The notes under the pieces were generated by a model, which saw nothing but the letters and a program-made list of their open reading frames with translations, searched no databases and was not told the origin of the DNA. A DNA stretch of 59,337 bases, the filler included, from Nemertoderma westbladi (Eukaryota; Animalia; Xenacoelomorpha), in NCBI GenBank assembly GCA_032718475.1. It is 3 parts of 3 records of this genome, joined end to end, with 100 filler letters (N's around TTAATTAATTAA, not from the genome) between each part and the next. Parts side by side here need not be neighbours in the genome. Positions count along the whole stretch, not along the records: positions 21,447 to 41,670 come from JAUCBJ010003740.1; 2 more parts are not named here. One strand, given 5' to 3'. Positions 22,146-35,070 of this stretch are shown one piece after another. The position numbers and the translations under genes are program-made. Position 1 is the first letter of the stretch. The number at the start of each line of letters is the position of its first letter.

Positions 22146-23647
22146 TAGTAGGTAGTAGGTAGTTTAAAGCTCATCTATCCCATCCTAGTAGACATGTACC
22201 GAACAACAAGAGTCCCACAAGAAATGAAAACAAATAAGTTGGTGCCAGTTCCCAAGAAGGGCAACCTAACACTCTATGGTTCTTTTCGGGGAATCTCATT
22301 GATCTCGATTGCTGCAAAGCTATACAATAGGATTCTATTAAATCGCATCAGGGATCCCATTGAGAGACTGCTCCGTGGAAATCAGAATGGGTTCCGTAAA
22401 GGTCGTGGGACCATGGAGCCCATTTTGGCACTTAGAAGGATAATTGAAGAGTTATCAAAAAAGAAAGACAGGCATCTGGCTGTTATTTTTGTTGACTTCT
22501 TCAAGGCCTTTGATTCAGTCTCTCGCTCACGTATGTTCAGCATACTTTCATTATATGGGATTCCTGATGAAATTATTGCAGCAATCAGATCAGTATACGA
22601 TGGTTCGACAACATTTGTGTCTACTGTTGATGGTGACACAGAACCATTTGAAGTGTTATGGGGCGTCCTCCAAGGAGACACACTTGCACCATTCTTGTTC
22701 ATTATTGTGGTTGACTATGTTCTACGTATGTCCTTAGATCATTATAATGATGATGGGGTGATGATAACTCCACCTACTGGCTCCAGAAGTCGAGGAAATC
22801 CTGCCAAGTACCTAACTGATCTAGACTTTGCTGATGACTTAGGAGTACTCTCAGAATCATTAGAGGGAGCCCAACGGCTCCTCAGCTCATTAGAACATGC
22901 TGCTTCTAGTGTTGGTCTTTTTATTAACTCCAGAAAGACCAAAATTCTGACAGTTAACTTTGAAAGTCCTCAGCAAGTCTCTGATCGGATGAGCATAAGC
23001 TCAAAGGATGGTATGCTTGAGCATGTGGACGACTTCTGTTACCTGGGATCATGGATCCGGAAGTCAGGTGAGGACCTTCGAATACGTAAGGGAAAGGCAT
23101 GGGCAGCCTTGAATAGGCTTTCCAGGATTTGGAAGTCACCGAGAATTAATCGGAAACTTAAGGTCCGATTATTTAGAGCAGCAGTAGTTCCAGTACTCCT
23201 CTATGGGAGTCCATGCTGGGCTCTAACTGCTGAGGACACCAAATCTCTGGATGGCACATTCACAAGAATGCTACGCCGGGTTCATTGTGTCAAGTACAAT
23301 GCACACATCTCCAACCAGACACTATATAACATTGGAGGTGTCTCATTGGTTCCCCCAAGCTTGACACTAGAACAAAATCGCCTCCGCTTTGCAGGACATT
23401 GCTTTCGCCGTGAAGACCAGCCAGTGCATAATCTTGTACTTTGGCAGCCTCATGGAGTGAATAAGCATGGTGGACAGCCCATGACTTTCTTGAGACGCAT
23501 CTTAAAGGACACTGGCCTTGAAGATGCGGATGATCTAGCAAATGTCATGGGTGATAGGGAGTCGTGGCGGTGCAATTTTGTTGACAAGCCGGCACAGCAT
23601 TCTTAAAAATGCAGCTGCAATGCAGCATGCCGATCCTAGTAGTAGTA
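22146..23647 (+). mobile_element. 5'-truncated RTE-like LINE with (TAG)n tail and 10-bp TSD
   Basis: TSD GTGTAATAGG at 22136-22145 and 23648-23657; RT ORF inside. Confidence 0.93.
22194..23606 (+). CDS. Non-LTR retrotransposon reverse transcriptase (RTE-like), endonuclease part missing
   Basis: Uninterrupted 470-aa ORF: PKKG...FRGISL, QNGFRKGR, FVDFFKAFDSV, GVLQGDTLAPFLF, FADD, FCYLGS. Confidence 0.92.
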   Translation: MYRTTRVPQEMKTNKLVPVPKKGNLTLYGSFRGISLISIAAKLYNRILLNRIRDPIERLLRGNQNGFRKGRGTMEPILALRRIIEELSKKKDRHLAVIFVDFFKAFDSVSRSRMFSILSLYGIPDEIIAAIRSVYDGSTTFVSTVDGDTEPFEVLWGVLQGDTLAPFLFIIVVDYVLRMSLDHYNDDGVMITPPTGSRSRGNPAKYLTDLDFADDLGVLSESLEGAQRLLSSLEHAASSVGLFINSRKTKILTVNFESPQQVSDRMSISSKDGMLEHVDDFCYLGSWIRKSGEDLRIRKGKAWAALNRLSRIWKSPRINRKLKVRLFRAAVVPVLLYGSPCWALTAEDTKSLDGTFTRMLRRVHCVKYNAHISNQTLYNIGGVSLVPPSLTLEQNRLRFAGHCFRREDQPVHNLVLWQPHGVNKHGGQPMTFLRRILKDTGLEDADDLANVMGDRESWRCNFVDKPAQHS

Positions 23648-26600
23648 GTGTAATAGGCACAGGTCTTATTTTAGGTATTGCTGTCTTCACCAATGTATAC
23701 TCCAAACTCTCAATGAACCTTCTATACCCTTCCTCTAGGAAATAATAATCTAATCCCAAGAATCTTAGCACCAGATATATCTTGCTGAGAGCTAATAACA
23801 AAATGTGACTGCTGAAGTAGAGCTCTGTATTCTACTACCATTTCACTCAGGTCTACATTGTTTTGATACTTGACGTCTGGACATTGCAGGATCTATTTTT
23901 CCTGTATTGGTAAAGAGAGTTCTCCTCACTTCATGTGAAAAATTGAGAGTCCGATATCCTGTCATCCAGAGATTTCAAAGAGATTTTAACTTTTTGTGAA
24001 CTTCTTCTAATTTGTAATCGAGAGCCTCACCTCTAAAGTCCACGTTACTTGTATAGGAATCGTTTTCATAAAAGTTTCGAACTGTAGGAGTCATCTGAAT
24101 CTTTTGTGAAAAGTAGTGAAGGCAAATTCCTTGATAAATATAATTTGTATGAGAAAAAAACACTGGAGCAAACTTAAACAGGAAACCATCCAAGGCTAAT
24201 GAGTTGTAGTGGCGCAAAGCTTGTTTAAACAATTTCATGGATAATAAGGGTCCGTAAGTCCACTTAAAAAGAAACTTTAGAGAAGGATTACTTGTACTAT
24301 TGGCCCAACTAATAATGTTTTCAAGGGTAATACTATCTATATTATTGTTTGATGCGCCATTTTGATGTTGTTCATTCATCATTTCAGAAATTGCTAACCG
24401 TAATAATTCCTTAAAATTGCCTACTATTATTACATCATACGACTCTTCCATTTTATGGTGATCAACTGAGTTGTAAAACATACTAATTGCCTTTACAGAT
24501 TTATAACCTGCAATCTGTGTCACAGAAGCTTTCACAAAAGGTACCCACAATACCCTAGTTAGCGTTTTTATCATTATATGATGTACGTGACCAAATCCAG
24601 GCTTTAATAATATATGTTTCAGCAGATTGTTATCTTGCTTTATAATGGGGTGCGCGAAATGGTATGGCAACCCATCCATAACTGCAACTATCCATTTCCT
24701 GTCATAGTTAACGAACTCACTTACCAGTTTATTCAACATGTCAGTAACAGCACTCACAGATCCAGGATCCCCTTCATATGGGTCATGAATTTTAAATTTT
24801 ACATTCGTCTCATTGATGAGTACAGCAGATCCGCCCACATATTCATATTTCTCACTCTTCCACTTAGCAACTGAATTTGCAGATGAAGAGCCACCACCAC
24901 TCTTGATTCTAATGTACTCTTCAACATTATCTGATTGGCTGCATTCCGCCTTTACCTCATCCAGTAGCTTGGCAAGAAACATTTTTCTTGCATCATTACA
25001 AACTCGTTCTAATTGGGAAGTGTACTGGTTAATGAAACTTGTAATTTCTGCTGAATTTATAACAAGTTGTTGAAGAGCACTGTATTGCACAGGCTCTGGG
25101 CATTTGTGTAGCATACTTACAACACTTGTCGTTTTTGAGATGGTAACACCTCTATAAAAAAGAAGAGTACGGTTATACACCAACACCCTGGTAAGCCTAA
25201 TGATAAATCAGAAATATGGACTACAGAAACAACTATATATCATTATAACAACTATATAGGCATAGGGCTTAATGTATATATATTAATAGCAACTGTATAT
25301 CATTATAAAAACGATATATACTGGTATTAATAAATCTTAACTTACTTAACAACAAACTTATTCAATATAATAACATATATATATATAAAGATATATATGA
25401 TATCCATCTGCTCAAGCTAACCTGTAAATTACATGGTAAGTTTTAGAGTACACTTGATTATTGTCCACAGCCACTTGAATATCTCCAGTTTCTCTGGAAC
25501 TGTAAGGTACTTGAACAGCCATATCATCGATCATCTTCTGAATTAATGTTACACTTCCATTTGGACTACCTGCACTATTTATATATGTAGATGTCTTGCA
25601 GTGGTTAATAACATAAGCATTAAAAGCTTGTTGGAACGATAGTGGACCAATAAAATACGTGACTGATACGTTGCACAGGAACTCAACAGTTTTTACAATT
25701 TGAAACTTTATTTTCACGTTGGCAGTGTCCACCTCACTTGAATCTAATTCAGCCAAGGAGCAGCGAAAATTTAGCACAGGCTTGTCGATTAATGGGATAA
25801 TATTATCCACTAAAGGAAACTCCTTATTTTCCTTTTAGCGAACCAGCAGTGCGAATAATTGACGTCTTTAGATTATTGTCAGGTATGTAAGGTGGACTTG
25901 TTGATGGCTGATCGATGTCCATTCTAGTAGGTCTACCTTGGGCTGATTCAGTAGCTTTAAATCTTTTTGTTACTTTGGCATATTCAGCAACCCCATAATC
26001 ATAACATTTGTGACAAATATAAGATGACTTTTTTGACATTTTACCGGTTATTGTTGGGTCACGAATTTTGCCGCCTACCAGACCGGAGCCGGGTAAGGAA
26101 GATTGCGCCTGGAGCCGGTCCAGAGCCAGACCGGGTCTGTAAATAGGCCTTACAGCCTCATGTCATGCAAACTTTGGCCTTACGCTTACAGCCTTATGTC
26201 ATGCAAACTGTCATGTAGGTTCTGTACAGACAGACAGACAGACAGAGCAGCAGAAGTTAGTTAGGTACCATAACTTACTAACTTAGGTCAGTAGGTAGGC
26301 CTACACCGGACCGGTGCTGTCCCACTGCCAGACTGCTGACCGCTGTAAACTCTCAAACAGATACTGCATACCAGCATACACGGTGACGGAGGTACTGCAT
26401 ACCCAGATACCAGCATACACGGTGACGTAGGTACTGCATATGCATACCAGCATACACTGTGACGGAGGACCTGAATTTACTGCTTACTAGCATAGGCCTA
26501 CACGGTCTGACGGTGACGGTACAGTACATACACTGCATACATATTTCCCAATTTCTTCATTTTTTGCTCTGCAGGACATGTAACTTTTTACCGGAGCTCC

Positions 26601-27099
26601 GGCAAATATTTTCAATAGTATGTACATCATTGTCCAGAATAGGGTGTTTCCCTTCACTTCTATGGGGCTTTCTATTATTCCTACCTGTCCCAAATACGTT
26701 GTGTATTGATTTCCAACCTGTCCAAAATAGGGGCATCCAATCAAATCATCATATGACCCAACTCCTCGTCATCGGACCAATACCAACATTCCTAAAGTTA
26801 GGCATCTCCCTTATTGGCTATATAATGTAAAGGTTAATGGAAAATTCCACTGATATATAATCCAAGTGTCAACTACGAATCCGGGGCTCATTATAACAAC
26901 CTATACTGGACAGAGCAACGTATTTGGGACAAGTGCTGGTTGAGGTATATGTACAGTGGAAATTCCCATTCTAAATAAGGGCATTTGGAATACTTGTTCC
27001 CTAGTTATGGTTAAAGATATACCGTGGGTGCCTTGCAAATGGCCTGTAAGACTGTGATGCATTATAGGCTATAGTGTCATCATAGTCACATTATTTAAT

Positions 27100-27756
27100 T
27101 TCATGTTGTGCAAATTATTCATATTGTGCAATTTATTCATGTTGTGCAATTTATTCATTGTGCAATTTATTCATGTGGTGAAATTTATTCACTTATAATA
27201 AATCTAAATACATTTGTATAATAATAATTAAATTACAATCAAATTAGTTATATCCCAACCTCCTCCCCCAGACTCAACTTCATCCCAAATAGTCCTTAAT
27301 AAGTATTAAATTTGACTCAAATAGGTTGTTTGTGTCCCATATATAGGGTGTTTGTGTCCCGTATAGGGTGTGAAGTGCTTATAATGAATTCAAATAGTTT
27401 CGAAATGTAATGGAATAATCAAAAGAATATAGAATTCACTATCATAGCTTTCATTTAAATTTGTCCCAAATAGGTTGTTTGTGTCCCATATAGGGTGTTT
27501 GTGTCCCTTATAGGGTGTTTGTGTCGCAAATAGCGTGTAACTTTCTCAAAATGATTTTAAATAATTTCTAAATCTCATGGAATACTCAAAAGAATATAGA
27601 ATTCACTACCATAGCTTTAATTTCAATTTGTCCCAAATAGGCTGTTTTTGTCCCATATAGGGTGTTTGTGTCCCGTATAGGGTGTGAATTGCTTATAATG
27701 ATTTCAAATATTTTCTAAATGTAATTGAATACTCAAAAGAATATAGAATTCACTAT
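27100..27756. repeat. Composite minisatellite region
   Basis: ~17-bp TTATTCATGTTGTGCAA units (27100-27190), then three ~150-170-bp units containing 19-bp TATAGGGTGTTTGTGTCCC subrepeats. Confidence 0.8.
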
Positions 27757-27888
27757 TCGGTGTCGATTCGGTGTCGTCGGTTAGTAGGAACCCCAGCAAA
27801 CGGGGGAAAATTAGTAGGACAGAGAGGCAACGGGAGTCCATCGCGACTGATAAGTCCGCTACATCCTCCATGAAAGGATGTTAGACGG

Positions 27889-28296
27889 GTGTTAGAGATA
27901 GATCTGGCATGTCAACTAGACATTGTCGTGCTGGATCAAAAGGAACTGGAAAGGCAGTTGGATGAGGGAACTGCGTTGTTAGAGAGGGAGAGAGAATTAG
28001 CGAGAGAGTGTAAAGAGAGGGCCGAGAGGGTGGCGAGAAACTATAGGGAGCGGGAGGAAAGGGAGGTGAACGAGTGTAGAGAGCGAGAGGCGAGGGAGGT
28101 GAACGAGCGTAGAGAGCGGGAGGCGAGGGAGGCAGAATTGGCCGACCAGAGTATGAGAGAGGATAGAGAAAGAGAGAGGGTGGGCAAGCGCTTGCGGGAC
28201 GAAATGCATACCCACCCAGTTGAGAGGGTTAATGCAATACCAAGCGAAACAAAAGCGTCGGTTAGAACTGGCGCGGATGGGTTTATCGGAGAGTGA
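27889..28296 (+). pseudogene. E/R-rich coiled-coil fragment, possibly a retroelement Gag remnant
   Basis: Repeats of REREAREVNE; no catalytic motifs. Confidence 0.35.
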
Positions 28297-28448
28297 GGCT
28301 GGTTCGGGTAGTATTTATGAGGAACCAGAGGTGATGGAAACCTTTGTTAACACCCCACTTACAGGTACCAGACAACAGACCCAAGACCGTACGGATGGGG
28401 AGGGTAATAACAATACGCTTGGTGAAGTTAATATTAATAGTTGAAAGG

Positions 28449-28757
28449 TCCTCCACGGTAAGAACTATCCCACGGCCTACAAATCTACTGATACGAAGCT
28501 ATAGAATATCCCTTACTGTAGAGTCCAGTAGTATACCGCTTACCAGATCCTAGTAACGATGTATCTTACCGTAAGATCTAGTAATGTAATGGACTCGTAC
28601 AGTATCTGACCACAAATCCCAGTCCAGGGTATCTAATCAAACAGATACAATACACAAACGACTACTGGCGAGGAGCAGAGCCTAGTGTCTATTCTACCTA
28701 CGTGAGCGGGTCTAATGCCTACGAACTAGACAAAAGGAAACCTGTCCTCTAACCGGT
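28449..28757 (+). repeat. ~310-bp dispersed repeat, copy 2
   Basis: Highly similar to 18917-19226. Confidence 0.88.
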
Positions 28758-29721
28758 GAGGCAGTTGCTGATAGAGTTGCTCAAAATGTTGCCACGTACT
28801 GTAGAAAAATTAATTATTCGTCATGACGTAATTAATACCAAAATATCAAAAACTTTTGGAGTCCTTTAGAATTTTGAATTCAAAAATTTCCAACATGTGC
28901 GCAAGTGTGTTAGCTATATTGTATGTGAATATTTGTTATTACAGTATAGCGTTTACAGGTAATACTAACACCTGATCATGTGCTAGTTAACATGTTAGAT
29001 AGCACGTATTAGCTAATAACAAATGCGCACATGTATTACGTGCGCACTACGCACTAAATTATTAAGGACGCACGATACGCCTTGGCTATTATTTGATATA
29101 TTTTGCGTGTTTTTTGTAAAAATTCGGACTTGTGGTGTTTTACCAAATTGAGGATACCTTGTTTTCTAGGCAATACCCCTCAACTATCGTATAGTTACGG
29201 GATAATACCAAAAAATGGTGTTCCTCTTTGTTTTGGCAAAACACCATAAGTCAGAATTTTTACAAAAAAACCGCAATATATTTCAAAGGTAATTCTAAAT
29301 CAAATTGAAAGTTTAGATCTATATATATAAGTCTATATATATTTAGTTATCAAAAAACATAATAACAAGTAAACTGAGGCATCTCTCTAAAAAATATACA
29401 GTTTTTATCGATTATCTCAGAACTAAAAAATCGACTTAGGGGGTGACGAAGGTGATGACCTTGAAGGTGACGATTTGGATTTCAAAAGAAGAATTTGATA
29501 CCAAGGAAGCTGAGCTGGAACCACGTTTCGCTAGAGTTGTTGCTAAGTCCCTGGTACAAGAAGCTATCATAGGTTTGGTGCTTCACCTGAACATAAACTT
29601 GTATGCAGGGTTACTGAAGTGAATCAGTATCGCCAAGTTATGAGAGAGATAGATACCTGTCCGTCCGCAAACCAGCTACAGTTGTTCCTTCTATATCTGC
29701 ATCTTCTGATACTGAGGACTA

Positions 29722-29876
29722 TTGCTATAACTGTAGGAAATCGTGGGAATCAGACACACATAAATTAGGATCTACAGGTGCTCTGTGATAATTGTGACAT
29801 ATCATGGTCATGCACTTATTGTTTGGCCAATAACTTCGATTATGATTTAGACTTCATTTGTAATAAGTGTGGTTGA
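29722..29876 (+). pseudogene. Frameshifted PHD-like Cys-rich finger remnant, probably a transposase C-terminus
   Basis: CYNC...(frameshift)...LCDNCDISWSCTYC...FICNKCG*. Confidence 0.45.
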
Positions 29877-30090
29877 AAAATTGAGATATAAGTACAATAT
29901 GCAATAGACTTAATCATCAATAAAATACTACCAAACTCAAGTTGCTAACTATTGAACTACCCAACTCACAATCATACCTTATACTTTAATAATACAAATA
30001 CTTTAAGTAATTACTCACTATACGTTATCTATCTCGCAGTTCGCTTTTGATTCATTACTTGAAATCGGGCCTACCATATACAATATACTG

Positions 30091-31093
30091 TATATAAGAA
30101 ACAATATGGGTACAGTACAAAAAAAAATAAAAAAAACAAAAAAATATATATATAGAAACAATGTGATCCAGTCTCCTATCAAAAATGAAACCTAACTACA
30201 AATAAACACTTAATAACTGCACAAATAACTATCCTATATATTAGAAAATAAAGGACATTTAGTCCGCCGAAAGGGGTAAGTCTACATACTAAATTTGATA
30301 AAAATAAAGGGTTTCAGGATTTAAACACTGTACCCGGGAAACACAGCTCCATCATCAGCAGTGTACTGTGAGTCCCTATCCTATCTAAATACAGCACAGT
30401 ACCAATTGACCAATATAATACAGGAAATGAAACCAAATACTGAAATCGAGAAATAAACAAATCAGATCGGTAGTAAATAGATGAAACCCAAAAACTGATA
30501 CCACTAAAGCCTAAATAAAATACATGAAACCAAAATAAGAATGAACCCAAATGAGAATAGTGACCAAATAGCGAACTACTACAGTATATCTAACCTGCAT
30601 AACAAATATATCTATAATGGCTGTATTGCACAGTCTAATAATAGATATGTTATATAATGGTATGAATACAGCAGTAAAGCAACCCAAAGGCCATACAGAC
30701 ACCCCCCCCCCCCCAAACACTGATAGAATAATGATACCCCATAGAAACTCCCAGAACTAGAGTAACGGAAGCAACTAACTTTCAATAGGCTACAAGAGGC
30801 ATACTGCACAAGTAATATATAAGAAACAATATGGGTACAGTACAACCTGACTGGCGAAATATATATATAGAAACAATGTGATCCAGTCTCCTATCAAAAA
30901 TGAAACCTAACTACAAATAAACACTTAATAACTGCACAAATAACTATCCTATATATTAGAAAATAAAGGACATTTAGTCCGCCGAAAGGGGTAAGTCTAC
31001 ATACTAAATTTGATAAAAATAAAGGGTTTCAGGATTTAAACACTGTACCCGGGAAACACAGCTCCATCATCAGCAGTGTACTGTGAGTCCCTA
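30091..31093. repeat. Direct duplication of ~280 bp (30091-30379 and ~30817-31093)
   Basis: TAGAAACAATGTGATCCAGTCTCC...TGTGAGTCCCTAT appears identical in both copies. Confidence 0.9.
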
Positions 31094-31229
31094 TACATAT
31101 ATATACTGTATATATATGTATAGTCAATAAATTAGTGGGAAGGGCACTTCACGTCGCACGTGAGTGACCTCCACTGGTAACTAAATATATGCACATCTAT
31201 TTTAGTTCCCCACAGTTTCTAACTATTCG

Positions 31230-32340
31230 TTTTGGGAATATAATTTAAAATTTAGTAATTTATCATAATATCTTACAAAAAACTTATATTCATGCAAAAA
31301 CTCATCATCAGAACTTCTTACGGAACATTGGAATCCACATGCCTCTGAAAATTTTCGGTTTTCTTTGTTGAGGTGCACATACTCAACCATTCCCAGTTTA
31401 GACTTCAAATTTTGACAGGATGTACACTTTATATCAATAATGACAGGGTTAAAAGATCATGAGCATATCATTAATCAGATTGCATCACCAACGTCGTCAA
31501 AGTAGCCCTTTTTCACATTTTTGCAATTCTTCGCAAATATAAACATTCACACTGGGTTTCTGATTTTTGTTTTTTAAGTGAATCTTGCTTTACTAAGTCC
31601 ATTTTGAGTTGCTGTAACATGAGAAACTTATATATCTGGTAAACTAATTATCAAAACAATGTAGAATATGTTATAAAAATGGAATTTTTCAAAATTTCAA
31701 ATTTTTAGAGGATTTTAACAGAGATAATACATACTTCAATCTAAGGTCCAAAAGTTTTGTTAATAATTTATAATCGACATTTAGAAGTGTTATTGGCCAT
31801 CTGTTGTCTAAAAACCTTATATCTTTATCATTCTTTTGCATTAAAGATATTATCCCCTGCCATTGTGATAGGGGGAGGTCTCCTATAACGAAAGTTTCTT
31901 TATAACTGTTTGAGATAAAAAGTTTCAGGTCAGTCCAAAAGAGTTTAAAGAACTCCGCTGTGAAACCAATCACCACCGGGGCTTTTCCCATTTGGCATTG
32001 TTTTTAAAGCAGATAATAGTTCGCATTCTGTAATATGTTTGGAATTATACTCCGTAGCAGTGTCCCTGAGGATTGGCATATGGTTGGAAATTTTGTTAAA
32101 AAACACATCGCATTATTGCTTAAAGGTGTCTTGCTGACTGGTGGAAGAAAATAATTTTTTGTTATAAAAGAGCAGATTCCTTCAAAATGTCGTTGTCCTC
32201 AGTAATTGTATGGTACTCACCAGTTTTTTTTATTATTTTTATAACATTGATATTATTTTTTATCTTTGTTTATGTCCAAAACACAATTGTAATCACCTCC
32301 CCAGATTATATTCTCGCCATGAAACTTACTTTCAATTTCT
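31230..32340 (-). pseudogene. L1/Tx1-type LINE ORF2 remnant
   Basis: GKAP..GFTAEFFKLFW...GIISLMQK.DKD...WPITLLNVDYKLLTK. Confidence 0.8.
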
Positions 32341-32878
32341 AATTTAGATATGGAAATTAGTGATGGATGTTCACTAGGGTGTGTCTGGAATCACTTTTTT
32401 TTGCCGAATGGCTTAGCAACTCATACAATTGAGGAGGCTTGGCATCCTGATATGAATACTGATTTTTTTTTCAAAAATCAATGATGGGATCAGGTGGCTC
32501 CAGATGGATCAAGATATGACGTCATTGGTAGAAAAGCCTATTTTTAGAATATCATTGATTCGTGAAAATATTTTCCAAAAACGGTGCAACTTGCACCAGT
32601 GAGAAAGATTAGGGCATTCAGTTGATTGTTGAAATACATTTCAGATTTGATTGATCGGATCTGGTGTCTCCAGATGGATCAATTTATGACGTCATTGGTA
32701 GAAAAGACTTTTCGAATATTATTGATTCTTCTATATATTTCCGAAAAACATTACCACTTGCACAAATGAGAAAGATTCGGGCATTCATTTGATTGTTAAA
32801 ATACATTTTAGTTTTGATTGATAGGTTTTGTTTGATTAAAGCATAATAATCTAACTAAATAAACCAAATAAGCAAGCC

Positions 32879-35070
32879 TTACATTGACAGTTTGAGCTTA
32901 AAATCTGACTTTGTATTGAATACTGGACGATCCTTTCGAGCAGCCAACTTTGTAAGTATAAGTCCATCTCGACGATCAACACCAACTACTTTAGATGACA
33001 CCTCAGCCACAACTTGAACCATTCGTGAATTTGACTCTCGGATAGAATGTAGCTCATGGACTTCCAAGTTGGCAGTGAGTGGTGGTTCAGTGACATCAGT
33101 ACTTTGCCAGTCTATTATGTCATAGTAGTCACTAGCATCAAAATTAATTGTGACAGGGACTACAAACTGCCGGACTGCAGCTTCAGACGTACGAGATTTA
33201 CGAGCCTTCGCAATGCGACGTACAGCAAGTTCTCGAATAAAGTCTCTATCGTCAAACAACATGGAATAGAGAACATTCTCATGGTGAGCGAAGTATGCAT
33301 TGTGGAGAATCACCCTGTCAACAACCATCTTGGCTTCATCAAGGCAACGAGTCCAGGAAATAAGGTTGAATAAGTTACACGAGCCATTCTGTAGAAGATT
33401 TCGACGTTTTATAAGAAACCACATTGGTGAGTAAACAGTGATGATGAAGTGGACGATGATTTCTAAACTCCTAGAGGGTGTAGCAGTGCTGATGTAAAGC
33501 CTGCAAACTCTGTTTGCAGTTGTTAACCAACGTGAATGAGCCAACTTGCCAGGCTGGTTACGTGCAAATTCCTCACTACATATACTGCTGATGATTGCCT
33601 GGGTAATAAGATACAAGTACTTCTGATCCTTGCTTAAGCTGTTCAAAGCAGTCTTCTCCATGTCTGTAAAATTTGGGGAATATATTTCCTTGTATTTAAC
33701 AACTGGAAGTGATACAAGATCTTTTTTGATTTCAACACCAATAGGACCTTTGTAGGAATTTGGGCCATCAGTCTGTCCATCAAAGTGGATAAATAGATGT
33801 CGAAGAGGGAGTTCATTTAGGTGCAGCATGCAAACTGCCCATTGCAGTGGAGATTTCATATGATTTTCCAGCAGACGTATCACACCTCCTTTCCTTCCTG
33901 TGTTGGTGTTTGTTCCATCACAACTAACGAACCTCAACATAGTGAGAGGGATTTCCCTTTCTTTGAGGTATTCTATCACGGCTCTAAATATATCATTAGA
34001 TGTCCCGAATTTGGGAGTGACATGGCCCATGTACATCCCAGAAGGTTCTTGAACAATAACGTAATGTGTCTCTTTGGCAGATAAAATGTGTCTTGATCTA
34101 GATTCCTGAATCTTTGTAATGTCATTTCTGCCATCAAACGAAATCCCAAATAGGTCTAGCTTGTTAGTTCTGTGTGTTGACAAGAGGCTTTGTTGTAGTG
34201 TATGTATACCAGATCGAATTTTACCTGGCCCAATTATAATTCTGTCATCAACATCAGTTAGCATATCACTGAGAGTAGCTGAGGCAATGGCAGCTGTTGC
34301 TCTTAAAGATACACCATACCGACTGGCTTCACAGCAAACAGCTGAGACATTAACAAGTGGCTGAGGCTTTTTGAATTGTAACAAGATTCATCATCGCTGC
34401 TGTCAATCTTGGTGTCTTGGCCATCAGAACGTTTCACTACTTTATTTGGAATTCCATCATTTTGATTAGTTATAGAATTTGGAAGAGAATCAGGAACTGA
34501 TTCCTCACAAACTATAGGATAAGATAACCTACGTCTTACTGCTTCTCACTCATGCCGCTGAGCTGCCTGATAATTTCTGGTAACCCGCTTGATGTTAGCT
34601 GTACTCACTAAACGATCTAGACTACCGATAACCATCCTTCGATTATTACGCTGATCTTTCAAGAAATCCAACTCTCTAGCAGCAACACTTTTATCATCAA
34701 CAACATCAAACAGTCCATTAAAATTTGTTTGCATCATTTCAACTCTTTCCACATAATATGGCTTCGACTTTTGATCATCTCGAAACTTGTTCAATTTCTT
34801 TACATCCAATACTGATTTGGTTATCTTTTTAATGATACCTTCAACACTGATAGTTGGTATGCTGGCACGTGCATAGATCTCTGTAACATCATTTGCCACT
34901 AGTTGCGAAATTGTGCGGTATCCAGGTTCCTTACTTGTAGCATTTGCTGTTTTGTCATCTTCTTTTGTGTACTGGTAGTGTTGTAGAACTTCTCTAAGGG
35001 TAGGTAATTGATTGAATGGTAGTTTGGCTGGTTGGCCATATAGTTTGGCGGTGGTTGTTCTTGTACTCAT
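32879..35070 (-). pseudogene. hATm-type transposase pseudogene
   Basis: FDGRND, CDGTNTNTG, CMLHLNELPLRH, LSKDQKYL and HSRWLTTANR motifs; stop at 34546 and a frame change near 34385; the C-terminal catalytic-E segment appears deleted. Confidence 0.88.

Larger units (their letters stand above)
21980..26039 (-). pseudogene. Putative DNA-transposase-like gene (DUF6589-like), intron-containing, with frameshifts and a LINE insertion
   Basis: ORFs 25824-26039 (CHKC), 25412-25810 (VAVDNNQV), 23975-25186 (VMDGLPY, KPGFGH, DHHK, LEEVHK), 23535-23801 and 21810-22121. A GT..AG intron from 25421 to 25152 (or 25197) joins two ORFs in frame, and removing the LINE restores PVPIT|QVQDDMLNAL. Confidence 0.6.
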
